Origin: Sphingomonas sp.
GTDB taxonomy: Bacteria; Pseudomonadota; Alphaproteobacteria; Sphingomonadales; Sphingomonadaceae
Assembly: GCF_965200135.1 (NCBI RefSeq)
Contig: NZ_CBDATK010000007.1
Span: 244,659 to 308,658, forward strand
Direction of reading: 5' to 3'
Length of the DNA: 64,000 nucleotides
Part shown: piece by piece, positions 10,804 through 21,366 of the stretch
Position numbering within the stretch: the first letter of the stretch is position 1
Layout: every line of letters starts with the position of its first letter
The notes under the pieces: generated by a model
Told to the model about the DNA's origin: nothing
Databases searched by the model: none
The model's input: only the letters and a program-made list of their open reading frames with translations
Program-made: the position numbers and the translations under genes

Positions 10804-12546
10804 GTGCTCGACCCCGCCGATCCCTTCGTCCTCCTCGACGACGTGCGCGCCGGTGGGGCGCCCGCGCGGCTCTATCGCCATCCCGTCGAGCTGCTCGAAG
10901 CGCGCACGGTGGCGGCGGTCCGCCCCGCCCTCACCCGCATCCGCGCCGCCGTCGCCGACGGGCTCAGCGCGGCGGGGTTCCTTTCCTACGAAGCCGCGCC
11001 CGCGTTCGAGCCGACGCTGCCGGCGCAGCCGTCGCCGACGCCGCTGCTCTGGTTCGGGCTGTTCGACGGCTGGGAGGACGTCGACGTCGCCGCGCTCCTG
11101 CCGGACCCCGCCGGTGCCCGCGTCCTGCCGCCCCGGCCCGCGATCGCCCAGCCCGACTACGACCGCCGCATCGATCGGGTCCTCGCGCTGATCGCGGCGG
11201 GCGACCTCTATCAGGCGAACCTGACCTTCCAGGCGACGGTGCCGTTCCTCGGCGACCCGCTCGCGCTCTACGCGGCGGTGCGCGCGCGCGCGGCGGCGGG
11301 CTGGGGCGGCATCGTCTCGACCGGCACCGACCTCATCCTCTCCTTCTCGCCCGAGCTGTTCTTCTCGGTCGCCGACGGCGCGATCACCTGCCGCCCGATG
11401 AAGGGCACCGCGCGGCCGGGCGAAGGCGCCGCCGCGAAACTTGCCGCCGATCCCAAGCAGCGCGCCGAGAACCTGATGATCGTCGACCTGCTCCGCAACG
11501 ACCTGTCGCGGGTGGCGACGCCGGGCAGCGTCCGCGTTCCCGCGCTGTTCGCGGTCGAGCATTATCCCACCGTGCTCCAGCTGACCTCTACCGTCACCGC
11601 CGACCTCGCGCCGGACCGGGACGAGGTCGACCTGCTCGCCGCCGCCTTTCCGTGCGGCTCGATCACCGGCGCCCCCAAGCTGCGCGCGATCGAGGCGCTC
11701 GCCGCCATCGAGGACGCGCCGCGCGGGATCTACACCGGCGCGATCGGCGCGATCGATCCGGACGGCGCGGCGCGGTTCAACGTCGCGATCCGCACCCTGA
11801 CCGTCCGTGACGGCGCGGCGACGATGGGACTGGGCGGCGGCATCGTCGCCGATTCGACCGCGGCGGACGAATGGGACGAAGCGCTCGCCAAGGGCGCGTT
11901 CCTGACGCAAGGACAGCGCGTGGTGGACCTGATCGAGACGATGCGCTTCGACCCGCTCGACGGGCTGCTGCTGCTCGACCGGCACATGGCGCGAATGACG
12001 GTGAGCGCCGCCGCGCTGGGGCTACGCTTCGACCGCCACGACGCGCGCAACGAGCTGCAGGCCGCCACCTTCCGTCTGCGTGAGGGCAAGCGGGTCCGTC
12101 TCCTCCTCGCCCCCTCGGGCGCGATGGCGATCGAGGTCGCGCCGCTGCCGCCGACGCCCGCCTTGCCGATCCCCGTCGCGATCGTCCCGCTTCCCGTCGC
12201 CCCCGCCGACTGGCGGCTGCGTCACAAGAGCAGCGACCGCGCCTTTTACGACCGTGCCCGACAACAGGCGGGCACCGCCGAGATCGTCTTCGTCACCCCC
12301 GACGGCCTGCTGACGGAGGGCAGCTACACCAACGTCTTCGTCCACCGCGACGATCGGCTCGTCACCCCGCCACTGGCGCTCGGGCTGCTGCCGGGCGTAC
12401 TACGCGCCGAACTGATCGCGACCGGCCGGGCGGCGGAAGGCGACCTGACCGTCGCCGACCTCGCGGAGGGCTTTCTCCTCGGCAACGCGCTGCGCGGCCT
12501 CATGCCGGCGATCGTGGCGGTTGCGGACCGACCGACCGCACCGTAG
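10804..12546 (+). CDS. pabB: aminodeoxychorismate synthase component I fused to a class IV aminotransferase (ADC lyase-like) domain
   Basis: GTG start inside the artefactual 8248..12546 ORF. Chorismate-binding blocks PCGSITGAPKLRAIE and RGIYTGAIG. The C-terminal ~200 aa carry YTNVF...GLLPGVLR, typical of fold-type IV enzymes. Confidence 0.75.
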   Translation: MLDPADPFVLLDDVRAGGAPARLYRHPVELLEARTVAAVRPALTRIRAAVADGLSAAGFLSYEAAPAFEPTLPAQPSPTPLLWFGLFDGWEDVDVAALLPDPAGARVLPPRPAIAQPDYDRRIDRVLALIAAGDLYQANLTFQATVPFLGDPLALYAAVRARAAAGWGGIVSTGTDLILSFSPELFFSVADGAITCRPMKGTARPGEGAAAKLAADPKQRAENLMIVDLLRNDLSRVATPGSVRVPALFAVEHYPTVLQLTSTVTADLAPDRDEVDLLAAAFPCGSITGAPKLRAIEALAAIEDAPRGIYTGAIGAIDPDGAARFNVAIRTLTVRDGAATMGLGGGIVADSTAADEWDEALAKGAFLTQGQRVVDLIETMRFDPLDGLLLLDRHMARMTVSAAALGLRFDRHDARNELQAATFRLREGKRVRLLLAPSGAMAIEVAPLPPTPALPIPVAIVPLPVAPADWRLRHKSSDRAFYDRARQQAGTAEIVFVTPDGLLTEGSYTNVFVHRDDRLVTPPLALGLLPGVLRAELIATGRAAEGDLTVADLAEGFLLGNALRGLMPAIVAVADRPTAP

Positions 12547-13776
<1,230 letters not shown>

Positions 13777-13926
13777 ACGCAGACATGAACGGCGCTTCCA
13801 GCTTCCGTTAATGCCGCGACGTTAAGACGGGGTTGTCACCGGTCGGATCAATTCCGACCTCCGTGCAACCTTTCGCGTGAGCGCTCGTAGCTGTTCACAC
13901 GGAAAGTCAACCAACGAGTGTTGCAA

Positions 13927-14061
13927 ATGTTGAGCTATTTCAAATCCAGCTTCGTGTGGCAGTTCGCCGCCGGTTTCGCGCTCGGCGCCGCCGGTCTCGT
14001 CGTGCTGCATCCCGCCGAGGCGAAGGCGCACGTCACTCCGACCCACACGGTCCAGCGATGA
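13927..14061 (+). CDS. small hypothetical membrane protein (44 aa)
   Basis: Read by eye as MLSYFKSSFVWQFAAGFALGAAGLVVLHPAEAKAHVTPTHTVQR. Its TGA overlaps the msrA ATG (ATGA). No homology recognised. Confidence 0.3.
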   Translation: MLSYFKSSFVWQFAAGFALGAAGLVVLHPAEAKAHVTPTHTVQR

Positions 14062-14717
14062 AGCGCCTCCTGCCCTTCCTCGCTATGGGCGCTGCCGTGG
14101 CAGGCGGCGTCGCGCTGACCGGCGCGGCAAGCGCGGAGCGCGCGGTGCCGATCCCCGCCGCGCGCGCCGACGTGGCGCCGGCGCCGGGGCTACAGACTGC
14201 GGTCCTCGCTGGCGGCTGTTTCTGGGGCATGGAGGCGGTGTTCGAGCAGGTCCGCGGCGTCCGTGACGTCGTCGCCGGCTATGCGGGCGGCACCCGCGCC
14301 ACCGCGACCTATGACCAGGTCTCGACCGAGCGCACCGGCCATGCCGAGGCGGTGCGGATCACCTACGATCCCCGCCAGGTCAGCTACGCGACGCTGTTGC
14401 GTGTCTATTTCTCGATCGCGCACGACCCGACCGAACTGAACCGTCAGGGTCCGGACTCCGGCCCCAGCTATCGCTCCGCCGTCTTCCCGCAGAACCCGCG
14501 TCAGGCCGCCGTCGCGCGTGCCTATATCGCGCAACTCGGCGCCGCCCATGCCTATCCGCAACCGATCGTCACGCGGGTCGAGACCGGCGGCTTCTTCCCG
14601 GCGGAAGCCTATCACCAGGGCTTCTATCGAAAGAACCCGGCGCACCCGTATATCGTGATGTGGGACAAGCCCAAGGTCGCCGGTTTCAAGGCCGGGTTCC
14701 CCGCGCTGGCGCGCTGA
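14058..14717 (+). CDS. msrA: peptide-methionine (S)-S-oxide reductase, with signal peptide
   Basis: Active-site motif GGCFWGMEAVF. Signal-like N-terminus MKRLLPFLAMGAAVAGG. Confidence 0.9.
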   Translation: MKRLLPFLAMGAAVAGGVALTGAASAERAVPIPAARADVAPAPGLQTAVLAGGCFWGMEAVFEQVRGVRDVVAGYAGGTRATATYDQVSTERTGHAEAVRITYDPRQVSYATLLRVYFSIAHDPTELNRQGPDSGPSYRSAVFPQNPRQAAVARAYIAQLGAAHAYPQPIVTRVETGGFFPAEAYHQGFYRKNPAHPYIVMWDKPKVAGFKAGFPALAR

Positions 14718-14886
14718 TCGCCGTTCGACGGGCTTAAGGCAAGGCAATCCCCGCCCCTCTTTCTCGCCACGTCAGGGGCACATCCAGACTCGGGTGGCCG
14801 AGCAGAAGGCGGCGTAGGGATAGGGGCAGGGCTACCTGCCGGGTGCAATGTCCTGCACCGACCGCAGCGCCCAGCGGGACAATCAC

Positions 14887-15033
14887 CGCTGTCCTACAAG
14901 AGAGCCCTTGTGCCACCCCTACCAGGCACGTTCTCATCGCCGGCCGACCGACAGCGCCATCGTGCGATCCGACGATGTAGGGCCCGTGCGGGCCCGCGAC
15001 GCAGGTCGTTTTGGTATTACCTTTGGTCACCTT
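14887..15033. repeat. intergenic repeat element, copy A
   Basis: Shares its terminal blocks with copy B at 35745-35875: CGCTGTCCTACA, TCGCCGGCCG and GACGCAGGTCGTTTTGGTATTACCTTTGGTCACCTT. Confidence 0.7.
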
Positions 15034-15115
15034 CCGCCGCCGCCACTCCGATGCGGCCTGGATCTGGCGTGAAGTTCGGGAAGTTCCGCTCGCCACAGGC
15101 CGCTGACCGAAAAGC

Positions 15116-15147
15116 CGTTTTGGTGTTACCTTTCGTTACCTTTGGCC
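15116..15147. repeat. partial copy of the 3' block of the same intergenic repeat
   Basis: CGTTTTGGTGTTACCTTTCGTTACCTTTGGCC, about 80 nt downstream of copy A. Confidence 0.65.
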
Positions 15148-15203
15148 CCGACCCGAGCGGACCGCCCGGATTTCCAGGACCCCAGGCACCTCTTCCACCG
15201 CGT

Positions 15204-15866
15204 TCAGGCGGCCAGCCTAAACCGCAGCATCCGATCCTCGACCGGGACCAGCGCCTCCGCCGGCCCGCCCATCGCCCGCACGATCGCGGGGTGGCTCGGG
15301 TCCATGCCGCCGGTCAGCGCGCCGAAGGCGGGCAGGATCAGCTTGCTCGGCGACGCGACGAAGCACCGCCGCGCGACGGGTCGGCCCCGCACCGTCAGCC
15401 GCAGCTTGGGATGGAAATGCCCCGACAGCTCCGGCCGCGTCTCGTGCGGGTCGGCCTCGTGGCGCAGCACCAGCCCGTCGACCACCGCCTCCTCGATCAG
15501 CGCGCCGCCGCAGCGGTCGGTGATGATCGGATCGTGATTGCCCGTGATCCACGTCCAGCGCGTCACGGCCGTCAGTCGCTCCAGCGTCGCCCGCGCTTGC
15601 ACCGGCAGCCGCTCGCACCCCTCGCGATCGTGGAAGCTGTCGCCCAGGCACCACGTCTCCGTCGCGCCGGTCGCCGCGACCAGCGCCTCCAGATCGGCCA
15701 GCGTCGCCAAGGTGTCGTAGGGCGGCAGCATCTGGCCCTTGGTCGCGAACCAGCTGCCCTTTTCCAGATGCAGGTCGGCGACGAGCAGCGCGCGCCGCGC
15801 CGGCCAGAACAGTGCCCCCTGCCCCAGCGCGAACAGCGCGTGCCCACCGAACGAAAAGGGAACCAT
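15204..15866 (-). CDS. pdeM: ligase-associated DNA damage response endonuclease PdeM (metallophosphoesterase)
   Basis: 220 aa with LVADLHLEKG, CLGDSFHD, ITGNHD and SGHFHP motifs. Confidence 0.8.
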   Translation of the reverse strand: MVPFSFGGHALFALGQGALFWPARRALLVADLHLEKGSWFATKGQMLPPYDTLATLADLEALVAATGATETWCLGDSFHDREGCERLPVQARATLERLTAVTRWTWITGNHDPIITDRCGGALIEEAVVDGLVLRHEADPHETRPELSGHFHPKLRLTVRGRPVARRCFVASPSKLILPAFGALTGGMDPSHPAIVRAMGGPAEALVPVEDRMLRFRLAA

Positions 15867-15907
15867 GTCCCGGCCCTTAGCCGCCGCGACTCGGTCGGTT
15901 CAAGGGC

Positions 15908-17299
15908 TTAGCCCGCATATGCCTTGACCAGATCGAACAGATAGTCCCGCCCGTCGTACAGCGACCGCACCCGGATGCGCTCGTTCAGGCCGTGGATACC
16001 GCCGCCGTCCTTGTCGATGAACATGCCGGGCACGCCATAGACCGGGATGCCGATCGCCTCGAAGAAGATGCCGTCGGTCGCGCCCGTCGACATCACCGGC
16101 AGGATCGGCAGACCGGGAAAGTGGCGCGCCGCCACCGCCTGCGCCGGGCCGATGATCTTCGGGTCCAGCGTCGGCGGGATCGCGGTCGGGCGGATCGGCT
16201 GGTTGGCGGTGACGGTCACCCCCGCCCCGGCCAGCTCCTTCAGCCGGGCGAGCGTGCCCTCCACCGTTTCGCCGGGAAAGATGCGGCAGTTGACGTTGGC
16301 GGTCGCCCGCTGCGGCAGCGCGTTCTCGGCGTGGCCGGCGTTGACCAGCGTCGCCACGCAGGTGGTGCGGAGCGTCGAGTGCAGCGCCTTGTCGCGGCTG
16401 ACGATCGCATCCGCCCCGCCGTCCTGCGGGTTCGCCAGAAGCCGCGTGATCGCCGTCCCCGTCTCGCCGCCCAGCTGTTTGGCGCTGGCGGTGAAGAACG
16501 CCCGCGTCGTGTCGGTGAAGCGGACGGGGAACTCGTAGCCCTGCACCGCCTTCAGCGCATCCGCGAGGCGGTAGATCGCGTTGTCCGGCACCGGCTGCGA
16601 CGAGTGCCCGCCCGGATTGGTGGTCGCGAACGTATAGTTCTGCGCCGCCTTCTCACCGACCTGGATCGCGAGCAGCTGGCGGTTGCCGCGCTCGTCGTTG
16701 CGCCCGCCGCCGCCCTCGTTGAGCGCGAACTCCGCCGCGATCAGCTCGGGCCGGTTCTTCGCCAGCCACTCCGCGCCGTTGAACGCGAAGGTCGTCTCTT
16801 CGCCACAGGTCAGCGCCAGCTTGATCGTGCGCTTCGGCCGATAGCCGGCGGTGCGGAAGCGGATCATCGCATCTGTCCAGATCGCCGCCTGCGCCTTGTC
16901 GTCGACGGTGCCGCGACCGTAATAATAGCCGCCCTCCTCGACGAGGGTGAACGGATCGCGCTGCCAGTCCTCGCGCCGTGCCTCGACCACGTCGAGATGC
17001 GCGAGGAGCAGCATCGGCCTGGCGCGCGGATCGCTGCCGGGCAGCACCGCGACCAGCCCACCCTCCTTGGGGTGATCGGGCACGGAGAAGTAGGTCAGCT
17101 GCGCGTCGGTATAGCCCGCCGCCTTCAGCCGCGCGCCGATCTGCGCCGCCGCCTGCGTGCAGCTGCCCGACGACAGCGTCGTGTTGGTTTCGACCAGCTC
17201 CTTGTAGAGCGCGAAGAACGCCTGCTGATCCGGCCGCGTCTGCGCCTGCGCACCCGGCGCCATCAGCACCGCCGCCGCCGTCATCCACCCCAGCTTCAT
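15908..17299 (-). CDS. M20/M25/M40 family metallopeptidase, secreted
   Basis: Internal Met start with a signal peptide (MKLGWMTAAAVLMAPGAQAQ). Contains LLAHLDVV and GRGTVDDK blocks. Confidence 0.8.
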   Translation of the reverse strand: MKLGWMTAAAVLMAPGAQAQTRPDQQAFFALYKELVETNTTLSSGSCTQAAAQIGARLKAAGYTDAQLTYFSVPDHPKEGGLVAVLPGSDPRARPMLLLAHLDVVEARREDWQRDPFTLVEEGGYYYGRGTVDDKAQAAIWTDAMIRFRTAGYRPKRTIKLALTCGEETTFAFNGAEWLAKNRPELIAAEFALNEGGGGRNDERGNRQLLAIQVGEKAAQNYTFATTNPGGHSSQPVPDNAIYRLADALKAVQGYEFPVRFTDTTRAFFTASAKQLGGETGTAITRLLANPQDGGADAIVSRDKALHSTLRTTCVATLVNAGHAENALPQRATANVNCRIFPGETVEGTLARLKELAGAGVTVTANQPIRPTAIPPTLDPKIIGPAQAVAARHFPGLPILPVMSTGATDGIFFEAIGIPVYGVPGMFIDKDGGGIHGLNERIRVRSLYDGRDYLFDLVKAYAG

Positions 17300-17369
17300 C
17301 GCACCCTCCCGATCATCTGTCCGGTGTAGAGCGGCAAACGGCGGCAAGGGCAATGTGCCGGTGTGACGG

Positions 17370-18362
17370 TCAGTCGACCGGCACCGATCTCGAGTCGTCG
17401 AACCCCAGCCCGACCCGCCCTTTCGGCAGGGCGAAGCGGATCTCGCGGTTGGCGAAGTCGATGTTGACCTGCCGGAACAGCCGCAGGGCATCCATCCCGA
17501 GCAGCAGCGCCGGGGTGTCGCCCAGCCCGAAGCGCGCGAACGGCGGCACGTCCGAAAAGGCGACGGTGAAATTGCGGAAGCCGATGCCGGCGATGTCGAG
17601 CTGATCGACCGTGAATGCCTCGGCGCGCAATGTGCCGCCGGTCGCCGAGGTCATCTCCATCGGCCCGACCAATTTGGGCCGGCTGGTGATCGCGGTCAGC
17701 AGCGCGCGGTTGCCGATCGTCACCGGCGATCCCGTGTCGATGATGACCGAGATGCGCCGGCCGTGCCAAAAGGCGTCGGTGACGATCAGCTGCCCGTAGA
17801 GCGAGCGCGCGGTGACGACGACCTCGTTCGCGGCCTGCTGGTAACGCGCCGACGCGCGCCGCCGCGACGGCTTGAGCGTCATGCGGCCGCGGTCGAAGTC
17901 GATCGATACGGCATGACCCTGCAAGGCGTCGATGCCCAGCATCCCCACCGCGCCCAGGTCGCGCGCGCCCAGCGCCGGTGCCTCAATCCCGGCATGCGCG
18001 ATGGTCGAGACCGACAGCCGGGGCACGACGACGGAGCTGGTCAGCGACGGCCCGGTCATCGAGATCACCCGCAGGATCGGCCCCGACGACAGGCCGAGCA
18101 CGCCCGCCAGCTCGCGGCTGACCACCGTCCGCTCGGCGCCGGTATCGATGACGAAGTTCCACGGCCCCCGCTGATTGATCGAGACCGGCACCGTCATCCG
18201 GCTGCCGTCCGCCCCGAAGGCGAGCATCGCCTCCTCCGACAACGGCACCGGCGCAGGCGTCGGCGGCGCGATCACCAGTTGTGCGAGCGCAGTGTCGAGC
18301 GGCGGCGGCGCGGCGGGAACGGCTGCTGCGGCGGCGGCGAGCAGGAGGAGAAAGCCGGCCAT
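17370..18362 (-). CDS. secreted protein with two tandem retropepsin-like aspartic protease domains
   Basis: Signal peptide plus two DTG motifs (FVIDTGAERTVV and VIIDTGSPVTIG). Each is followed by LG(I/M)DAL...IDF...L. Confidence 0.7.
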   Translation of the reverse strand: MAGFLLLLAAAAAAVPAAPPPLDTALAQLVIAPPTPAPVPLSEEAMLAFGADGSRMTVPVSINQRGPWNFVIDTGAERTVVSRELAGVLGLSSGPILRVISMTGPSLTSSVVVPRLSVSTIAHAGIEAPALGARDLGAVGMLGIDALQGHAVSIDFDRGRMTLKPSRRRASARYQQAANEVVVTARSLYGQLIVTDAFWHGRRISVIIDTGSPVTIGNRALLTAITSRPKLVGPMEMTSATGGTLRAEAFTVDQLDIAGIGFRNFTVAFSDVPPFARFGLGDTPALLLGMDALRLFRQVNIDFANREIRFALPKGRVGLGFDDSRSVPVD

Positions 18363-18401
18363 GACCCGATGCTGCGCCCGATCCGGGCCTTTCGCAATCC
18401 C

Positions 18402-20813
18402 TCATGGATCGACGCGCATTGCCTCCGCCGCCAGCGCCTCCGCCTCGATCAGCAGCGCGTCCTCGCCCGAACCGCCGGTCGCCACCCGCTCGCGGCCGAT
18501 CAGCGTCAGCACCGGCACCGCCAGCGGCGTCACGCGCGGCAGGTCGACATGGACCATCGTGTCGGCGGCTCGATCCAGCAGCCCCGCCAGCCGCCCGACA
18601 TCGGTCATCCGCGCCCGCGCGTCGTCCCACGCCGCCTGAAGCAACAGGTGGCCCGGCTCGTATTTCCGCAGCACGTCATAGATCAGGTCGGTCGAAAAGG
18701 TGACCTGCCGCCCGGTCTTGCGCTTGCCGGGGTGCTGGCGCTCGACCAGCCCGCCGATCACCGCTACTTCCCGGAACGCACGCTTCAGCAAATGCGACTG
18801 CTGCACCCAGTCGACGAACTCGTGCTCCAGGATATCGGCGGAGAACAGGCTGGCGGGATCGGTGACCGGCTCGATCGAATAGGTCGCGAGCGCATAGTCG
18901 TTGGCGACGAAGCCGAGCGGCTTCAGTCCCGTCGCCTCCATCCGCCGCGTCACCAGCATGCCCAGCGACTGGTGCGCGTTCCAGCCCTCGAAGCTGTAGG
19001 CGACCATATAGTTGCGCCCTTCGCGCGGGAAGGTCTCGACCAGCAGCTGGCCAGGCTCGGGCAACACCGAGCGCTTGAGCTGGATCTCCAGCCATTCCCG
19101 CACGTCGGCGGGGAAGCGCGCCCATTGCGCCGAATCGGCGAGGAAGCCGCGAACGCGGTCGGCGAGGTTGGTCGACAGCGGCATCCGGCTGCCGCCATAG
19201 GTCGGGATGCGCGCGGGCCGGCTTGACGCGCGCACCACCAGATCCTCGGTATCGATGCGCTCGACCTCGCAGCTGAGGCCGGCGAAGAAGAAGGTGTCGC
19301 CGGGCGACAGCTGCGCGGCGAAACTCTCCTCGACCTTGCCGAGATTGCGGCCGTTCTTGAACCGCACCGTCAGCATCGTCGCCTCGACGATGATGCCGGC
19401 GTTGAGGCGGTGCTGGGCGACGAACTTCGGGTGGCTGACGCGCCAGACGCCGTCTTCCTCGACCAGCCGCTTGAACCGGTCGTACGCCTTCAGCGAATAG
19501 CCGCCGTCGCGGATGAAGCCGAGGACACGGTCGAACAGCTCGTCGGTCAGCGCCGAATAGGGCAGCGCCGACCTGATCTCGTCGAGCAGCTCGGGCGCGC
19601 GGAACGGCGCTGCACAGGCACACGCCATGACGTGCTGCGCGAGCACGTCGAGCGCGCCGGGGCGGAAGATGTCGGGGTCGAGCTCCCCCGCCTCCACCGC
19701 GTCGAGCGCCGCGCGCGCCTCCAGATACTCGAAGCGGTTGCCGGGCACGAGGATGCCCTCGGATGCCTCGTCGAGCCGGTGGTTGGACCGGCCGAGCCGC
19801 TGCAGCAGCCGCGACGAACCCTTGGGCGCACCCATCTGGATCACGCAATCGACGTCGCCCCAGTCGACGCCGAGGTCGAGCGACGCGGTCGCGACCAGCG
19901 CGCGCAGGCGGCCGTCCGCCATCGCCTGTTCCACCTTGCGCCGCGCCTCCCTCGCGAGGCTGCCGTGATGGACGCCGATCGGCAGGCCCAGCGTGTTCAC
20001 CTTCCACAGATCCTGGAAGATCAGCTCGGCGAGGCTGCGCGTGTTGCAGAAGACGATCGAGGTGCGGTGCGTCTCGATCTCCGCCATCACCTGTTCGGCG
20101 GCGTAGCGGCCCGAATGGCCCATCCACGGGACCCGGTCCTGAGGTAGCAGGATGGCGATGTCGGGATCGGCGCCGGGCTCGCCCAGCACCAGGTCGACCG
20201 CGCCGATATCGCCGTCGGGCGCCAGCCACGCGCGATAGCCGTCCGGGTCCGCCACCGTCGCCGACAGCGCGACGCGGCGCAGCGCAGGCGCGAGCCGTTG
20301 CAGCCGCGCCATGCATAAGGACAACAGGTCGCCGCGCTTGCCGGTGGCGAAGGCATGGACCTCGTCGACGACGATCGTCCGCAGGCCGGCGAAGATCAAC
20401 GCGCTGTCGGGATAGGACAGCAGCAGCGACAGCGATTCGGGCGTCGTCAGCAGGATGTTGGGCGGTTTGACCCGCTGCCGCGCCTTGCGGTCGGACGGCG
20501 TGTCGCCGGTGCGCGTCTCGACGGTGATGGGCAGGTCCATCTCGCCGATCGGTCCGAGCAGATTGCGCTGGATGTCGATCGCCAGCGCCTTGAGCGGCGA
20601 CACGTAGAGCGTGTGCAGCCCGGCCGACGGATGCTCGATCAGCTCGGCGAGTGTCGGCAGGAACCCCGCCAGCGTCTTGCCCGCCCCGGTCGCGGCCACC
20701 AGCAGCGTGTGCCGCCCGGCGCGGGCGCGATCGAGCATGTCGCGCTGGTGCCGCCGCGGCGTCCAGCCGCGTCCGGCGAACCAGTCGGGAAGGGGCGCGG
20801 GAAGATCTGTCAC
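18402..20813 (-). CDS. ligase-associated DNA damage response DEXH-box helicase (Lhr-like)
   Basis: 803 aa with VAATGAGKT, VVDEVH, helicase C motifs and an Lhr-type C-terminal extension. Confidence 0.85.
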   Translation of the reverse strand: MTDLPAPLPDWFAGRGWTPRRHQRDMLDRARAGRHTLLVAATGAGKTLAGFLPTLAELIEHPSAGLHTLYVSPLKALAIDIQRNLLGPIGEMDLPITVETRTGDTPSDRKARQRVKPPNILLTTPESLSLLLSYPDSALIFAGLRTIVVDEVHAFATGKRGDLLSLCMARLQRLAPALRRVALSATVADPDGYRAWLAPDGDIGAVDLVLGEPGADPDIAILLPQDRVPWMGHSGRYAAEQVMAEIETHRTSIVFCNTRSLAELIFQDLWKVNTLGLPIGVHHGSLAREARRKVEQAMADGRLRALVATASLDLGVDWGDVDCVIQMGAPKGSSRLLQRLGRSNHRLDEASEGILVPGNRFEYLEARAALDAVEAGELDPDIFRPGALDVLAQHVMACACAAPFRAPELLDEIRSALPYSALTDELFDRVLGFIRDGGYSLKAYDRFKRLVEEDGVWRVSHPKFVAQHRLNAGIIVEATMLTVRFKNGRNLGKVEESFAAQLSPGDTFFFAGLSCEVERIDTEDLVVRASSRPARIPTYGGSRMPLSTNLADRVRGFLADSAQWARFPADVREWLEIQLKRSVLPEPGQLLVETFPREGRNYMVAYSFEGWNAHQSLGMLVTRRMEATGLKPLGFVANDYALATYSIEPVTDPASLFSADILEHEFVDWVQQSHLLKRAFREVAVIGGLVERQHPGKRKTGRQVTFSTDLIYDVLRKYEPGHLLLQAAWDDARARMTDVGRLAGLLDRAADTMVHVDLPRVTPLAVPVLTLIGRERVATGGSGEDALLIEAEALAAEAMRVDP

Positions 20814-21079
20814 CGGCTAGGCCGGTCCGCGCGGAACGTCGCGGTCCTCACGCCATCTCACCGTACCATCGCGGAATGGGCATAACCGCACCTGCCGACA
20901 TGGCGCGGAGCCTTGCACCGTGAGGATCGGATAACATTAGCCGGCGCCCGATATCTGTCCCCACATGAGGAAGGCCGGTGGGATCACACGCCCTTATCTC
21001 ACGGCCGGGCGTCCGTAGACCAGCGTTCGCAGACGCGACATCGCTGCTCAGACACTCGCCGGGTGGCGCGGCGATGCGC

Positions 21080-21262
21080 CTATCGCGCGTCGTCGCGCTG
21101 ACTCTCACCCGCCTTGTCCGCGCGATCCTGCTCCGCGTAGAGGTCGCGCGTCGCGCGTTCGGTACGCTCCAGCCCGCGCTTCGACTGGCGATTGTTGAGC
21201 GCCGCCCAGCCGATCGCAGCGGCGAGCAGCACAGCGCCGATAATCGTCCACATATACATCAT
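21080..21262 (-). CDS. small hypothetical membrane protein
   Basis: 60 aa with one TM helix (WTIIGAVLLAAAIGWAAL) and a charged tail. No homology recognised. Confidence 0.35.
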   Translation of the reverse strand: MMYMWTIIGAVLLAAAIGWAALNNRQSKRGLERTERATRDLYAEQDRADKAGESQRDDAR

Positions 21263-21366
21263 CGCGCCGCCACCTTCTCGAACCTGTGTCGTCCCTCAAC
21301 GCCGCGAGCCGGCGTTTCGCTCCGTTGCGCGCGGATCGCCGCACGGGCTTCAAGCGTAGTGGTAAC

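Noticed and set aside
20814-21366. A search for an alphaproteobacterial LexA box (GTTC-N7-GTTC) between the divergent helicase and exonuclease genes, and also upstream of the ligase (34354-34509).
   Set aside because: I found only single GTTC half-sites by eye. No properly spaced direct repeat was seen, so no SOS operator is claimed. A computational scan would be needed to be sure.
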